This document shows positions 61,527-64,000 of a stretch of DNA of 64,000 nucleotides, piece by piece (position 1 is the stretch's first letter; each line of letters begins with the position of its first letter). The DNA comes from Geopsychrobacteraceae bacterium (lineage in GTDB: Bacteria; Desulfobacterota; Desulfuromonadia; Desulfuromonadales; Geopsychrobacteraceae), in assembly GCA_963662315.1 (NCBI GenBank), contig OY759353.1, forward strand, positions 2,560,001 to 2,624,000, written 5' to 3'. Below the pieces are notes generated by a model. The model was not told where the DNA came from. It saw nothing but the letters and a program-made list of their open reading frames with translations, and ran no database searches. The position numbers and the translations under genes were made by a program.

Positions 61527-63677
61527 ATGAAATCACTTTCATTACGTTACCGGATTCTACTGCCAATTATTGGCCTTATTATCGTTGGCATGTTGATCTC
61601 TGGATTTCTGTCCAGTTCTTCAACTTCTGATATTATTCGTGAAAACATTTCTTCTCAGATCGAATCAACGACCAAAAGTTTATCTGCCCAGATCAGTGCC
61701 TGGATTCAGGACCTTCAGGCCGATTTAAAAGTCCAGGCCCAGCAGGACATATTCACTAACCTCGCACTACAGGAACAACCTGATGAAACGACTACTCAGG
61801 AAACCTGTAAATACATGAAAAGTTTTATTGATCACTACACGGTCTATTCTTCTCTTGGGTTAACAGATATTAATGGAATTGTCATTGCCCATTCCAATCC
61901 CAAAGTGGTCGGACTTGACCTGTCATCCCGCGGCTATATCCAAAAAGGGTTGAAGAACCAATCAAGTATCACCGATGTTTTAAAAAGTAAGGTCACCGGC
62001 ACTCCTGTCTTTAATCTTGGCGAACCACTTAAACATAATGGCAAAATTATCGGTATTTTATACTCATCTATTGAACTGGCAAATTTTTCCGATGAATTCA
62101 TTACCCCAATCAAAATCGGTAAAGAAGGCTACGCCTATATGACCGACAAGTCAGGTGTGGTTTCTGCACATCCTAACCCGGAAATAATCCTCAATACCAA
62201 TATCAGCCAATTTGATTGGGGCAAACAGATTCTGACTCAGAAAAAAGGTCTGCTGACTTACGAATATAAGGGTATCGAGAAAATAGTCGCTTTCCAGACG
62301 GAGCCGCTAACCGGCTGGACAGTTGCTGCCGGAGCTGCAACCAGTGATATTTTCCAAGAGGTTAACGACCTGACCGCGCGCAACGCCATTATCAACAGCA
62401 TCATTGTCCTTGCCCTGATAGTTGTAATTATCCTGATTGTAAAACCCGTTACTGCGGCACTGAACAAAGGCGTCGCTTTCGCCAGAGAAATTCAGACCGG
62501 CGATCTGTCCGGCCGGCTACGCCTGATCCGCGGTGACGAAATTGGCCAGTTGGGTAACGCTCTAGACTCCATGGCTGACAGCCTGCAACAACGAGCCGGA
62601 CTTGCCGAAGCAATCGCCGCCGGCGATCTTTCCCAAGAGGTGACACTGACATCGAAAAAGGATGTTCTGGGTCACGCTTTGCGCAACATGACTGACAAAC
62701 TCAACGATATTATCGGCCAGATCAATGCCGCCAGTGAACAAATTGATTCAGGGTCCAGTCAAGTATCTGACTCAGCCCAGGACCTCTCCCAGGGAGCCAC
62801 CCAGCAAGCCGCAGCCATTGAAGAAATCAGTGCCAGCCTGAATGAACTTTCAAGCCGCACCCAAAGTAACGCCGAGAACGCTCAAACCGCCAGTCAGCTG
62901 GCAGTTACTGCACAGAATGCCGCAAATATCGGTAGCTCTCACATGCAGGAGATGATGACGGCCATGCGGGACATCAATGATTCGGGCCAAAGTATCAGTA
63001 AAATCATTAAAACAATTGACGAGATTGCCTTCCAGACCAACCTGCTGGCTCTGAACGCGGCAGTAGAAGCAGCCCGAGCCGGTCAGCACGGCAGAGGCTT
63101 TGCTATCGTTGCCGAAGAGGTCCGTAACCTGGCCGCCCGTAGTGCCAAAGCGGCCCGAGAAACAGCTGAGCTGATCGAAGGATCGGTGCAGAAAGGGGAA
63201 AACGGCACCCAAATTGCCAACCGTACTGCTGCCGCATTGGAAGAAATCGTCACTGGTATTGGCAAAACGGCCGACCTGGTGGGTGAAATTGCAGCTTCAT
63301 CAAAAGAGCAGGCCGAAGGGATTACCCAAGTCAGTGACGGCATCAACCAGATCGACCAGGTCACTCAGCGTAATACGGCAGGGGCAGAAGAAGGTGCTGC
63401 CGCTGCAGAAGAGCTGTCAAGCCAATCCGCGTACATGCGTGACATCCTTGCCCAGTTCAGGTTGCGGGGTCAGCACCGTAACAGTGCGGCTGTTTTAGAA
63501 ATTACAAAAACTGCTCGGGCGACAGTGCCACCGGAACCGGCGCAGCCAAACAAACTCGCGGCCCCAAAGGCATCGAAACCTCAGCAGACAGGATCATCTT
63601 CAGCGGGTTGGGACGCTATTGCCAAAGGAGGTAAACCAGTCATCAAACTGGATGATGACGATTTCGGCAAATATTAA
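61527..63677 (+). CDS. Methyl-accepting chemotaxis protein 3
   Basis: Same architecture, more diverged. Confidence 0.95.
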   Translation: MKSLSLRYRILLPIIGLIIVGMLISGFLSSSSTSDIIRENISSQIESTTKSLSAQISAWIQDLQADLKVQAQQDIFTNLALQEQPDETTTQETCKYMKSFIDHYTVYSSLGLTDINGIVIAHSNPKVVGLDLSSRGYIQKGLKNQSSITDVLKSKVTGTPVFNLGEPLKHNGKIIGILYSSIELANFSDEFITPIKIGKEGYAYMTDKSGVVSAHPNPEIILNTNISQFDWGKQILTQKKGLLTYEYKGIEKIVAFQTEPLTGWTVAAGAATSDIFQEVNDLTARNAIINSIIVLALIVVIILIVKPVTAALNKGVAFAREIQTGDLSGRLRLIRGDEIGQLGNALDSMADSLQQRAGLAEAIAAGDLSQEVTLTSKKDVLGHALRNMTDKLNDIIGQINAASEQIDSGSSQVSDSAQDLSQGATQQAAAIEEISASLNELSSRTQSNAENAQTASQLAVTAQNAANIGSSHMQEMMTAMRDINDSGQSISKIIKTIDEIAFQTNLLALNAAVEAARAGQHGRGFAIVAEEVRNLAARSAKAARETAELIEGSVQKGENGTQIANRTAAALEEIVTGIGKTADLVGEIAASSKEQAEGITQVSDGINQIDQVTQRNTAGAEEGAAAAEELSSQSAYMRDILAQFRLRGQHRNSAAVLEITKTARATVPPEPAQPNKLAAPKASKPQQTGSSSAGWDAIAKGGKPVIKLDDDDFGKY

Positions 63678-63701
63678 TTAATAACAACAGGTTAAACGTT
63701 G

Positions 63702-63744
63702 AATAAAAATCCGGTGTTCAAAACCAGAGCACCGGATTTTTATT
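63702..63744. terminator. Bidirectional terminator
   Basis: AATAAAAATCCGGTG-loop-CACCGGATTTTTATT between convergent genes. Confidence 0.8.
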
Positions 63745-63769
63745 GTTCTGCTTTTATTCACTAATAAGG

Positions 63770-64000
63770 TCAGGAGGCGTTGGCCTTTTTCCCGTAAATC
63801 AGCCAATAGACCACAGGAATCACAATCAGGGTAAATGCCGTCGAGGCAAACACCCCGAAAATGATCGACCAGGCCAGACCGGAAAAAATCGGATCGAGGG
63901 TAATGATCCAGTTGCCCAGCAATGCGGCTCCAGCGGTCAACAGAATCGGCCGCAAACGCACGGCACCACTTTCGATCAGAGCATCTTCCAGAGACAGGCC
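63770..64000 (-). CDS. RND (AcrB-family) efflux permease, 3' end only
   Basis: GAVRLRPILLT...LAWSIIFG..ST.FTLIVIPVVY. Confidence 0.85.
   Translation of the reverse strand, partial: GLSLEDALIESGAVRLRPILLTAGAALLGNWIITLDPIFSGLAWSIIFGVFASTAFTLIVIPVVYWLIYGKKANAS

Overview
A 64 kb window from a bacterial chromosome. Futalosine-pathway genes, the MCP tails and the repeat types suggest a Desulfuromonadales-like deltaproteobacterium (inference). Left to right: (1) a minus-strand capsule/EPS locus (wzi, SLBB/Wza-like export protein, Wzz/GumC-like co-polymerase, TviB/WbpO-like dehydrogenase, GT4, Wzx) interrupted by an intact IS1111-subgroup IS110 element with a probable bridge/seek-RNA end. (2) tRNA-Ser(CGA) and tadA. 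(3) About 30 kb of accessory DNA: a kduI/kduD/TRAP/YjmC-YjmD-like sugar-acid module, then two tandem islands at tRNA-Arg(ACG). The older island has no visible integrase and carries a TetR-led operon (FNR-like reductase, radical SAM, VTT-disulfide reductase fusion, DUF547, SSS symporter, metallophosphoesterase) plus an IS4. The younger island is a 6.9 kb phage-satellite-like element with integrase, arm sites, iterons and an HNH nuclease. (4) tRNA-Arg/Ser/Ser, serS and core genes (fumC, rnd, mutY, hisC, mqnC, mqnE, ubiX, ubiA-like), with two diverged copies of an intergenic pseudoknot-forming element. (5) Three tandem dCache MCP genes, two with near-identical signalling domains, and the 3' end of an RND transporter. 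All calls come from reading motifs by eye; no database searches were run.
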